DNA of 64,000 nucleotides from Octopus bimaculoides (taxonomy: Eukaryota), in assembly GCF_001194135.2 (NCBI RefSeq), contig NC_068997.1, forward strand, positions 1,652,663 through 1,716,662, given 5' to 3'. This document shows, one piece after another, positions 39,829-51,370 of this stretch. Each line of letters opens with the position of its first letter. The first letter of the stretch is position 1. A program made the translations under genes and the position numbers. The notes beneath the pieces were generated by a model, which was given only the letters and a program-made list of their open reading frames with translations, did no database searches and was not told the origin of the DNA.

Positions 39829-39956
39829 TAACAAATATTCCTGGCTGAGAGATTATGGCTATACTCTCTTGATTAGACGTTTTTGGTCCATCATGCTTAT
39901 ACGTATTTTATGGAAGCTTTGAAGGCTACAGTTCCAAAATGTTCTTTGATATTATA

Positions 39957-41197
39957 CAGGGTCTTGCAAAGAAATTGAGACCAATTTTAAGCAGTTGAAA
40001 ATCTAATACTCCTGTTTAATATTCAAGTAAATATCAAACTGATTCAACAACAGAAAATCATGGAACAACAGAAACATTCCGCCATTGTTGTTTTGGCGCG
40101 CGCCGGGTACACGGCCAATAAAATTGCTAGGTTGACGAAACTTCCAAAAGAAACGGTTTATTGTGTGTATAAACAATTTAAAGAAAAGGAAAAGATTGAT
40201 AGAAAAGAACATGAGGCTCGAAGTGATTCCAAGCGCAATCCAAAATTTCTCGCCAGCCTCAAACACTCGATTGAAGCGAACCCATTCACATACATGACAA
40301 CTCTTGCATAGGAACACAATGTGTCGCTTCCACGGTGTCCAGAGCCGTGAACAAGAACCTTGGCATGACAAGCTATGTTCGTCAACGCCGTCACCTAACA
40401 GCCAAGGCCAAAGTAATCAGCCGAGAGATGCCAAAAGCTTCTGCCATCCATCAAGCATCAATGTACAGGAAAAACTCTCGTGTTTGTGGACGAAAAGAAG
40501 CTCACTGTGAACGCTGAGGTGAATCGCAGAAATTCTCGAGTTATCGCAGACAAACTTTCTGACGTCACTTCCCCCACTATATTTGAAAGTAAGAATCCTG
40601 CCTTTGTGATGGTATTTGGAGCCGTAGCGTGTGACGGAAGTGTCATGGATCCATACTTCATTGAGTCTGGCTTGAAGATCGACACAAAGGAGTATCTGGA
40701 CACTTTGAAGAACTCTATTACCTTGGATGGAGCAGATTTTTGGGCTTGAAATGCGGTGCTTATCCAGGATTCTACACCGTGCCATGGATCAAAAGCATCA
40801 CAGACCTTGCTTAGTGAGAAGGTGCCATTTTTTTGGAAGGCCAACATCTGACGCAGTAATAATCCAAATCTCAACAATATCGATTATTTTTTAAGGGGCG
40901 TAGTTCAAGCAAGGACTGATGCTTCACCATGCTCGAGTTTCAACAATTTGAATATCTGCATCGTGCGTCCGACTTGCAAAATTAAAAAGGTGGAGGTTGC
41001 GGCAGCTGCAAAAAACATTCGTTCACATGTAGAGGCAGAATTGGTCAAAAGGTTTTGAGTGACAAATATTGAGTGATAAATGCTTTTGTTGTAATGAATG
41101 TTAAATTAAACTTATATCTGTCTACTACCATTATTTTAGCATTTATAACCAGCTTTATGCATCGTAAAAATTATCTCAATTTATCTACAAGACCCTG
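39957..41197 (+). mobile_element. Full-length degenerate DD37D (maT family, Tc1/mariner superfamily) transposon, 1241 bp
   Basis: TA|CAGGGTCTTGCAAAGAAATTGAGA ... TCTCAATTTATCTACAAGACCCTG|TA TIRs with TA TSD. The transposase starts at 40060 (MEQQKHSAIVVLARAG, HTH) and contains FVDEK, IQDSTPCH and NLNNIDY. I count 37 residues between the second and third Asp. Stops and frameshifts are present. Confidence 0.92.
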
Positions 41198-41442
41198 TAT
41201 ATGAGAATACTTTACAAATCACTGCATCTTCCGAGACTACTGCCCATTTCTCACGAAAGATCTTTCTTTCGCTCCATCCGAAATTTACGTAAGTATACAG
41301 AAGTTGTAGTTTTCATTTCAGTATGCAGTATTTTTATTTCAGTATGCAGTATATATAAGACGAATGGTTTATACCTGGTAGCTTACTGGTAAAGCACTTT
41401 CTCATTAACCAAATATATACACATATATATATAGCATGAGAT

Positions 41443-41488
<46 letters not shown>

Positions 41489-41642
41489 GGGGGAGAGCGC
41501 AGTAACACTTTATATGTAGTGGTAATCTAGAGATATTGAGCTTTAAATAACAGTAATGGTATTATATTAAAAATTACAGACACTGGCAAAATGTTTTACA
41601 TATAGAGTGGAGCTATTTTAAGGCATTCCTAATGGTTTAAAG

Positions 41643-41852
41643 CAGTGGTTCCCAATATTTTCATAATGGTTTCTAACAGTGGTTCCCTACTCTTTTATTT
41701 AAATGAGTCTTCCCACGGACTCCATTTAAAATGCTTATCCTTATCTATATATATACATACAAACATGAAATTTTAAATTTTGTTTACGGACCCCCCAAGT
41801 ATTACTTTTGTGGACCACCAAGGGTTCGCAGACCCCAGGTTTGGAACCACTG
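41643..41852. mobile_element. hAT-type MITE (CAGTGGTTCC TIRs, 8-bp TSD)
   Basis: gtttaaag|CAGTGGTTCCC...GGAACCACTG|atttaaag; the TSD matches at 7/8 positions. The left terminus is duplicated at 41677. Confidence 0.75.
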
Positions 41853-42269
41853 ATTTAAAGCAATCACGCAGAATTGTCAAACTCGAAACAGAGAGATGGG
41901 AACTTATATGGAGAAGTATCATCTTACTTAAAGCGGTACGGTCGTATATAAAGTTATATGTTCTTATATAGAGTACTACGGTCTTATACACAGTGGTAAA
42001 GGTCTCGTGCAGATCGATAAGGTTTTATATAAAACGGCCAGGCTTATTACTTCACCACTGACGGAATATAATATTCCGAGATTCTCTGCAAGAAATCGAT
42101 ACATCATTGATTGTTTTGCTAGTCTTTCAAATATTTTATAATTTCGTTTTGTTTTAAGTGGACATCAATCGAATATTGTAATGTCTTAAAATTTGATCAA
42201 ACAACATTGAAGAAGCACATTGGATACTGTATCATCATCATTATCACCATCACTATTATCATTAATATT

Positions 42270-42316
<47 letters not shown>

Positions 42317-42711
42317 TGTAGTTGTTGTTATCAAATGCACTGCATCGATCGACATACTATACTACATGTTACTTAATTTTTTTTAAATAATTTTCTCTCA
42401 GCAATTAGACCAATTGTTATTGTTAAAGTTGTTATTGTTAAAATCATCATCATCATCATCGTAATGTTTTATTATTTCGCTGCTTGCTAAATACCAATAT
42501 TGTTTTAGAGTCAGTGCAGACACCTGTTTTAAGAGTCCACAAAGAAACCTGATTCAAATATCAAACATATTTCTGTATTATCTGCAACAGCAATGGGTTT
42601 GTTTGTTTCGGTTTTTTCATACTTGCATTCTTCAATATTCTTCAATAGTGTCGGCATCTTTATAGACACACACATACATACATACATACATACATACATA
42701 CATACGTGTGT

Positions 42712-42894
<183 letters not shown>

Positions 42895-42949
42895 AGAGTG
42901 AGAGAGAAAGACAGGGATAGTGATACAGGTTGATAAGACCAGTTTATTG

Positions 42950-44340
42950 GATTACTCTGTGTTTTACGTCCATAAAGCCTATCGTGTGACTCCAAACCTG
43001 TTGGCGTATGGCCTCTCTAGTGAGTGGTCTCTCTAGAAAATGGAGCAGGAAACGACTACATTACTCTCTCAACAACAGGGGACTGTCTCCCTTTGGCTGT
43101 TAATTCTGAATGGCCCTGTTGTCGTGTGGGTCCCAGTAGACCAGCAGGAATTTCCTGAAATGCAAGCATTGTCCGAAAAGCTTCATTTTGGAGTTAAGGA
43201 TGTTCCCCGGGTTGTAGGGGTCTTTCAGCATCCTCGCCCGTTTAGCTATGCATAATTTACAACGCTTGGTCCCATTTATGTAGGGGCCTGGATTTTCTAG
43301 GACTCTCCGTGATATTTCGTGTGGAATTCCGTCGTCCTTCAGCTGCCATACATGGCTGGCTAATGACATAACGCATCTCCTTTCTGGTATCCTAAAGGAG
43401 GATCTGTGGTTGGAGAGGTGTTGCTTGAATGTGTTACCGCAGCATCCGATGTATCTCTGTGGTAAGGTGTTGCTGGTGCTGTATCACATGGTATTGACGC
43501 TGCTGCTGCTGCTGTTAGTAAAGAGGCTGTTGGTGTTGGCATCGTTGATGTCGGTGCTGCTACGACTGGCGTTGGTAATAGTGCTGTTGTTGCTATGGTC
43601 ATCGTCTTTGATGGAGTTGTTGTCACTGGTGTTATAGATATCATGGTTCTGCTGCTATTTCTGTTAGGGATACTGCCACTGCTGTCATTAATGTTCCTAT
43701 TGTTGTAATCGCTGGCGATGGAGCAGCCGCTGATTTTGTTCGTGTTTCTGCTGATGCTACCCTTGCTACTGTAGTAGCCGTTGGGGAAGCTGCTGATGTT
43801 GCTGCTGCTATTAGGGTCGTCCAGTACCTCAGCTTCACAGACGACCCCTTTGGCTTCGAAACTACCTTCCACTGGGAATCTGTTGTAGCCCCTGCGTGTG
43901 CATTCCGCCTCCGCTCATGATCTAGGTGTGCTCTTAATACTGGAGGAACTGCTAAATGGGACCCTAAGTTTGTGCCTATTAACAATGCGTCCATACCTAT
44001 GTGAACATGTAAAATATTTATTCATTAGCTTAAGAAATATCCTACCTAAACACATTTTTACGTAAAGGGAAAAATATGGTATTGGTGGTGGGAGAAGCTA
44101 AATAATATTTCTGCGTCGTTTCCTTATGTGGATGTTGGGGCCCGGCATATAAGAACTGCAGTCCTCTAAACCCGCTAGGAGCTAATGCCTCGTCATAGTG
44201 GAAGACTGTTGCTTCATAAATCCCTTGGCTAGGGATGTTCGTGATTCTCTTGCTAACACACTTCACCTGGTTTCGAACACAACGTGTCGGTGACAGGAGT
44301 CTGTGTTTTACCTTATCTTCTAATTCATCTATATAATATA
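42950..44340 (-). mobile_element. Penelope-like element 3' part (RT thumb/linker plus GIY-YIG), degenerate
   Basis: Minus-strand frames read VSKRITNIPS.GIYEATVFHYDEALAPSGF; RRRNII*..PYFSLYVKMCLGRIFLKLMNKYF..HRYGRIVNRHKLRVPFS; FPVEGSFEAKGVVCEAEV; RYIGCCGNTFKQHLSNHRSSFRIPERRCVMSLASHVWQLKDDG...CKLC...NSK..LFGQCLHFRKF. All are diagnostic PLE blocks in the expected order. Confidence 0.9.
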
Positions 44341-44391
44341 CTGCTTTATAACTTACAATGTGCTTTTTGTCGGACTTATGTTTTACTGACG

Positions 44392-44468
<77 letters not shown>

Positions 44469-45110
44469 CACACATATTTATAACAATCTGCAATATAAAC
44501 TTATCAGGTATTCAAGTCAATCATTGAACTCTGACCTCTTTTACTATAATTCAGATTCTTTGAGTTTTCTACGCCATAGTCATCCTACGAAATTTACGCA
44601 AATGTCTGCAAGCTTTATTTCAGAAAATATTCTCGGTATGTTATACAAATTCCATTGGATCCTTTGCTTAATTAACATGCATTACTGCTTTTAATTAATA
44701 ATTCATTACTTCTATGTTTAATTATCTGACATGTCACACTGTCCACTCTTGTCACGTAGAATACTAAAGTAAGAAGGAACATTCAACTACCACTGATAGA
44801 ACAAACATTGAATTCTTCGCTAAATGAAATTACTTGAGTATTTATTTATGTATATGGTTATTTAATCTGGGGCACGATTGGAGGGAAAAAAGCGTCATTG
44901 TTGACGATTGTTGTGCGGACCAATGGCTGTTTTGTAACATTTCTGCTGACGGCGATTGTGACGAGAGTGTTTAAGTCGGTGCGAAACAAGTAGCGCTTGG
45001 GATTCCATTCGACGTGTAGTGAAATTTGCGGTGTTTATTTAATATTTTCGCCCTCCGTCAACAAAACATGATGAAGACACACAGAGACACGCGTATACAC
45101 AGACACGTGC

Positions 45111-45145
<35 letters not shown>

Positions 45146-45510
45146 CACACGTATATGTATAGGGACAGAAGTAGAGAGAGAGAGAAAGAAGGAGAAAAAT
45201 ACACAAACATTTAGCTTCGCTGTGATCAAATAGTCCTGTGTGTGCGTGTCGTATGTGTATATAAAATCATATATTTATATATATATATATATACACATAT
45301 ATATATATATGTGTATATATATATACGTCACTAAAGTGAACAAGGGCACTGATCAGCACCAGTATTGCTAGAAATAAAAGCCAAAACATCTCGTATGCAN
45401 NNNNNNNNNNNNNNNNNNNNNNNNNNNNNNNNNNNNNNNNNNNNNNNNNNNNNNNNNNNNNNNNNNNNNNNNNNNNNNNNNNNNNNNNNNNNNNNNNNNN
45501 NNNNNNNNNN

Positions 45511-45542
<32 letters not shown>

Positions 45543-46289
45543 GGTCAACCGTACAGTTTCCATCTATGGGTCTAATCACACCTAAATTAGGTTGCCACCA
45601 GGTCAATAATGACAAGATCATGATATTTCTGACGGGGAGAGGACGATTATAGCATATTTGCATAACTGTAAAATAAATAAATTACCTCAAAAACAGACGT
45701 TGATTGATTTTAACGTGGATGTTTGCATCTACCTAAGTAGTGATCAAGCCGAGGGTAAAGGACACGACATCTGTCTAATGGGATCGAACTCAGAACAATT
45801 TTGCGGCAAGGAAACATCTCTCCTGTACAACCAATTGTGGTATTTGTTTACGTCAGCTTAGCATAGTTTTGCCCTGAAGGAGCTGCAAATAACGAACCGA
45901 TGGAGGATCGGCTAATTTACCGAAGAAAATATTTCGTTCGGGAATCGAGTGCTTGTGATTACAATTGCTTCTACAAGAATATATGAGTGTTGTTCGAAAT
46001 TAAATAAATTAACTGATTCAAAAGCCTGTCAGATTCGATAAAGATAGAAAACGAAAATGGTAAATAGTCCTCTTATGTTTGAGATTGAAGTTAAACTTGA
46101 ACGTTTCTCTTCAGATTTGTCAAACAGCTATGGTGGAGGTTTCAAATGTTTCAACCAGAGATATGAAGGAACTTAGGTTTGATTCCCGCTTGGGCCGTTT
46201 CATGTATATCTGATAATTATGAGCTCTGGCACCTGTCAAGAACCTACAGAAGTTTGGGGTTGCATGGTATTGGAATATGAAACCTCAAG

Positions 46290-46600
46290 AAGATTTGAAA
46301 TTGCAAGGTATTGTAATATGAAATGTATAGAGGTTGTAACTATGATTATTTGTGCATTAGGGAGTTTGAGGAATGACATAGACAAATGGGATAATGTAGA
46401 CTGGAAATGGTAACCTTGTAGAATTTCGACAGAACGTTTGCCTCTTAGGAACAGGAAGGATTTTCACAAGACTTGTGAACACTTGTTGGCCTATTGAAAT
46501 CATGTGGATATCTAAGATCACATGTAGTCACCTGCTACCACATAAATTCTGTCAAGAATAAGACCAATTCTGAGTCAATCATATACTAATAGTAATGATA
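46290..46600 (+). mobile_element. R4/Dong-like (RLE) LINE extreme 3' fragment
   Basis: YETSRRFEIARYCNMKCIEVVTMIICALGSLRNDIDKW and, in another frame, EFRQNVCLLGTGRIFTRL match the RLE C-terminus (EIxRxW..V.PIVIGALG...QKxxLLGTARILR). It ends in a degenerate AAT-like tail. Confidence 0.75.
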
Positions 46601-46617
46601 TTAATATTTTCTGCGGC

Positions 46618-46798
46618 ACGCACAAGGTCTGACATTTTAGGGTAGGGGTAGGTTGACTACATTGATCTCAGTGCGCAACTAGTATTTCATTTATTTAGCC
46701 CGAAAGGATAAAGAAAAAAGTCGACATCGGTGGAATGTAGGTTGAAATACCGCTGAGCATTTTCTCCGGCACAATAACGACTTTGCCACCTCACTGTC
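46618..46798 (-). mobile_element. SINE family A copy
   Basis: cacaaggtctgacatttt...cccgaaaggataaag...gaaataccgctgagcattttctccggc...tttgccacctcactg. Confidence 0.8.
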
Positions 46799-47384
46799 TA
46801 AAATAATAATGCAGTACCTATGCTCTGATGCAGTACATGCCCTGATGCAGTACCAGGCACTTGCTGTAATGGCTTCTGATCTTAACTGATTGGAAGTATT
46901 ATCATGTACGTTATTTTGCCTTGGTATAAAAGATGGGCTACAGCAAATATTCTGCTCAATACCGCAGATTTGCTCGTCAGTTGCTTGACCTTAACCATTG
47001 GAACATGTCCCTTAGTGGATGATGATAAGTGCATCTCTGATCATAAGCAGAAGTAGTAGGGGTGTGCATCATAGCCATGCGTTGAAAGGAATTCTTTAGA
47101 CTTTGAATAATTCACTTCTGGAAAGATGAGTGCTTCGTTCAACATACTTAAACAAACTTTATTCAAGCACCATTTGAGCGGGATGGGCTACTCGACCTGC
47201 AGAAAATTCTAATTGTGCTCCACCTGCAAGGTCATGCGCTGATTATCTTGATATAAGATTATCATGTCGCGTACATATGGTTGTGACGAATGTGCCTGGT
47301 GAACCCTTATCAGAATGGTTATACTGGGCTTCGTATATTTTACCCCATTGTCACTTTGATTACGTACACTGATATCTGACTCAA

Positions 47385-47392
47385 TAATAATG

Positions 47393-47461
<69 letters not shown>
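47385..47461. repeat. (AAT)n microsatellite
   Basis: Read directly from the sequence. Confidence 0.95.
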
Positions 47462-47589
47462 TTAATTTTGTTACTTTTTATGTTTTTGTTATTTAGTTCT
47501 TCCTAACGTTAGCAAGAAAAATCCTTACATGTCTAATACCGAGATAAGCTAAACAGAAAAACGACAAATTTAATATCCGACGCTAGCTG

Positions 47590-48530
47590 AGAAGCTGGAG
47601 ACGAAAAGCAGATACTGAAAGGTTCTTAACTGCCGCAGAAGGTCGAAGCGTCCCAATCAGAAGCCATCAAAGATACAAGATCGAAGCGTCCCAGTCAGAA
47701 ACCATCAAAGAAACAAGATGGAAGCGTCCCCGTCAGAAACCATCAAAAATGCAAGATCGAAGCGTCCCAGTCAGAAACCATCAAAAATACAAGATGGAAG
47801 CGTCCCAGTCAGAAACCATCAAAGATACACAATGAAACAAACTATATGAAGCAACTGTAGAATATGTGGTGAAAAGAAAGCAACTATAAATCGTATTGTC
47901 TCTAGCACTCCAGTCTTATCGAAGCAGGAATAGGTCCATAGACATGACCGAGCTTGGAACTATATACACAGGAAATTGTGCCGTCACTACGGAATAACAA
48001 AAAGAAATAGATGATATAAGCATACACCATAGAATGGTCAAAGAAAATAACAAAGCAGCCATGTTCTGTGTTTACCAACACACACAGGTAGGGAGATCAA
48101 ATGCAAATTGGCAAGATATTGTTATCGTGGACTAGCAAGAAAATAAACCAAAAAAATCAAAACTACCGTCTAATCTTCATACGAACCCCAACAGATGACA
48201 ATGTATTTCTGAAAGAAATGGAGGAACTCTCGAAATACAAAGATTCAGAAATAGAAATAAACTGAATGTGGGGCCTGAAGAAATAATCTCCAAAAGATGC
48301 TTTAAGTATGGTCAAGATTATACAGACAAATACTTAACTAAAACACCGAGATTTACGAGTAAATGTCACATACAGAAAATAGTACTGATAAGCGTCACAC
48401 ACATCTTACTTACAACACTTAGAAATCAGCACAAAAAAAAAGAACAATACTAAAGGAAGCCACATCACATACTCAAAGCACACAACGTTGATTTCTGCAG
48501 CGCAGCGAGAGTACCTAATAAAAATAAGAC
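47590..48530 (+). mobile_element. 5'-truncated R4/Dong-like LINE (CCHC knuckle plus restriction-like endonuclease), degenerate
   Basis: DTERFLTAAEGRSVPIRSHQ (ETEG..AAQDQ motif); CRICGEKKATINRIVSS..LSKQE*VHRHDRAWNYIHRKLCRHYGI; ANWQDIVIVD (RPD motif); ELSKYKDSEIEIN*MWG; IQKIVLISVTHILLTTL. Confidence 0.88.
47640..47829 (+). repeat. 38-bp minisatellite x5 inside the Dong-like ORF
   Basis: gaagcgtccc starts at 47645, 47683, 47721, 47759 and 47797. Confidence 0.95.
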
Positions 48531-48777
48531 TAAGGTATACAAATGCTTTTTCTAGAGGAGGGTGTATTTATTTTGTCAATCCGAAAAGATTAAAGTCGAC
48601 CTCAGATAAGTTTGAACTCAGAAAGTAACGCCAGTCGAATGTGTCTCTCGAAGTCAAGTTATCATAGATATATTAAGCGGAGAAGGCCACTTGTTGTGGT
48701 GATCCTACATTAGAATTTGCCATAATCATAAGATCGAAACTGAGTGGTTACCAAGTTGCTAGAAATGGCAGCTAAAT

Positions 48778-49280
48778 CGGTGGCTATGTGGTAAGAAGTT
48801 TACCTCCCAACCACATGTTTCCGAATTCAGTTCCACTGCGTGGCACCTTAGGTAAGTGTCTTCAGCCATAGTCTCGGGCCGACGAAAGCCTTGTGAATGG
48901 ATGTGGTAGATGGAAACTGGAAGAATCCCGTCGTATATATATATATATATATGTAAATAATATGTGACAATTATTCGGTAGCCATGATAAAATTCCGAGT
49001 TTCGGATGTGGGGGCGGAAACCCACGACACCATCTCTTCAGTTATCTGGCCATCGGAAAAAATGCTATGAAAATGACCGTTAAACAAAGGGAAATTACTG
49101 CGTGATTCACCGTTATTAAGATAAAGGAGCTATTAGAATGACCGCTAAGTGAGGGGAGGGAGTAAAGGCAAGGGAGTGAAAATGTCCATAGTATTCGCGT
49201 AAGTATATACATATGTGTATATGTATGTACACATGTATNNNNNNNNNNNNNNNNNNNNNNNNNNNNNNNNNNNNNNNNNN

Positions 49281-49315
<35 letters not shown>

Positions 49316-49545
49316 ACATACATATATATATATTAGTGTATGTGACTGAGTTTGTCCCCCACTGTCGTTTGATAATTGATGTTGGTTTGTTTACGTCCCC
49401 GTAACTTAGTGATTCGACAAAAGAATCGATAGAATAAGTAGCAGGCTAACTAAAACATTAAGTCCTGGGGTCGATTTCTTCAACTGAAGGCGGTGCTGCA
49501 GCATGGCCGCAGTCAGATGACTGAAACAAATAAAACAATAAAAAA
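48778..49545 (+). mobile_element. SINE family B 5' half (48778-48955) and 3' half (49330-49545) separated by unrelated DNA and a gap
   Basis: Head ggtggctatgtggtaagaagtttacctcccaaccacatg...gaaactggaagaatcccgtcgtata; 3' half gtttacgtccccgtaacttag...gcagcatggccgcagtcagatgactgaaac. Confidence 0.75.
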
Positions 49546-51127
49546 ATATAAGCAACGTTCTTTTCTAAACGCGCACACGCACAACAGACATACATATGTA
49601 TATAATTCGAGGTGTATAAATAGATATATAGTAGAGAGACGATGATTGCAGAAATGATATGATGGATGAGTACATGGTAAAAAAGTAATGTTTCATGTTA
49701 ACTTATAATGAATGTATTACGTCAGCAATGTGGTAATGTTTGTTTGTTTTTCTCCCCTGAGAATCAAGCACACAATTATTATGTCAGCCTTGAGGACTGT
49801 ATTTCCAATTTGTGGCAGCAAGCGTAGTCTTGCAATCCATTCATTTACGCAATCTCTTAATAAAAAATCAATAACGCAATATGTCCAATTGTATGTGTAG
49901 ACCTGCATAGGCACACATATATACTGTGATATTGTGTGTGTGTGTGCGTATGTGCGTGTAAGTGTGCGTGTATATTTTATTCATATATGTATATTTGCTT
50001 TGATGAATTGTTATTTACAAATGTACATATATACAAACTCACACATACACACACACACTTCCTGGGAAAGTATGGTTCATATGCGTCTCGGTTGACAATT
50101 TGTGAAAGTGCTTGTGTGTATGCATGTGAATGTTAGAATATCTGTCTGTGTGCGTGTGTGTCTATAAATGTTTGTATCTGTAACTATAAAACAAATGGCC
50201 GTAATCAACCGGTGACGTGTCTGTTTTTCTATAAGAACATATAGATTCATATTTTGTTAATTTTGTGCTGTCATCTTTTGCAAAATAGAAATATTCTACA
50301 AGAATAATAAAATATTAAAAATAAAAGAATGAACGTAGTTTACATTTAACGTTTTGTTATTTTTTGTCATATTTTAAACATTTCTATCAAATTTTTTTCT
50401 ATGTTTTGTTTGGCAACTTCAAAGACATAGATATATATTCTAAAGTTATGTGTCATTACGAGGAAGAAGCGAAAAAGTAATTGTTAATAGTTAAAAAAAA
50501 ACATTTATAACCACGTTGAAACATTAAAACATATTGGCAGTGTGTTTATCTCGATTTCACAATTACAAAATATTTACCAGTCCGTTTTATATATTTATTA
50601 TGTTATATAGGAAGGAATTAAAATTATTTTATGATGCGATATCCTCTCGATATTTCATTCCCCCTCCTTCTCCTCCCCTCCTTCTTCATTCCGTGTTGTA
50701 TTGCACAACGGTCCGTTCTAAAACGATTCCAACGTCATATCAGTGTTAACGCCAATTTCCGGAGAAACGAAGTTTGTGGTCCTCTACAACTGTTCTCACG
50801 AATCGATGTACCCAATTCTGATACAAAAAATTAAGAGAGAACAAGTATTCTCCTCAGTATTGTAGTTGTGCTTTATTTACTAAACCCCAGGGAACGAGCT
50901 CAAGTCGATGTCAGCGTTATTTGAATTGAACTCGCAAAGAGTATGAATAAATACCGGAAGACACGCTAAGCGATGCTCACTTTAAGGATTCTATCAAACC
51001 AGCATGTTGATACATTTCGAATAACATTGTTTCTTTTAACCAGTGAACGTGGCAATATAATTTAAAGCAGTGGTTCTTAATCTACAGATCCCAAACGCAA
51101 ACTGAGCCATAGTATAATCATGAACGA

Positions 51128-51370
51128 GTGAAGGCGCATGGAATAGTGGTTGGGGTATTACACGCACGATCGCATCATCTTGGTTTTGATTTTCAAACAG
51201 GGCAGTTCATTGTATTTTTGAGCAAAACCCTTCGTTTCACGTTGTTCCAGCCCACTCAGCTCATAAAAGACTAGTAACGGACTGGGGCCTCCTTTAGTGA
51301 GTATGTTGGGACCCCGGTCACTTATACGGCATGGAAACCAGATAATGTGCCTTACGAGTTGTAGGACTTA
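51128..51370 (+). mobile_element. SINE family C copy (diverged)
   Basis: gtgaaggcgcatggaatagtggttgggg...tttcacgttgttccagcccactcagctc; homologous to 17537-17680. Confidence 0.65.

Noticed and set aside
43360-43872. 170-aa Thr/Ala-rich ORF as a mucin-like host gene
   Set aside because: It is a frameshifted read of the PLE GIY-YIG loop insertion, flanked by PLE motifs on both sides.
44880-45030. CpG-richer patch with CCAAT as a promoter (a similar patch lies at 11250-11300)
   Set aside because: The motifs are too short to call without TSS data.
47640-47829. CRISPR-like regular repeats
   Set aside because: The units are contiguous with no unique spacers, there are no cas genes, and the context is a eukaryotic LINE.
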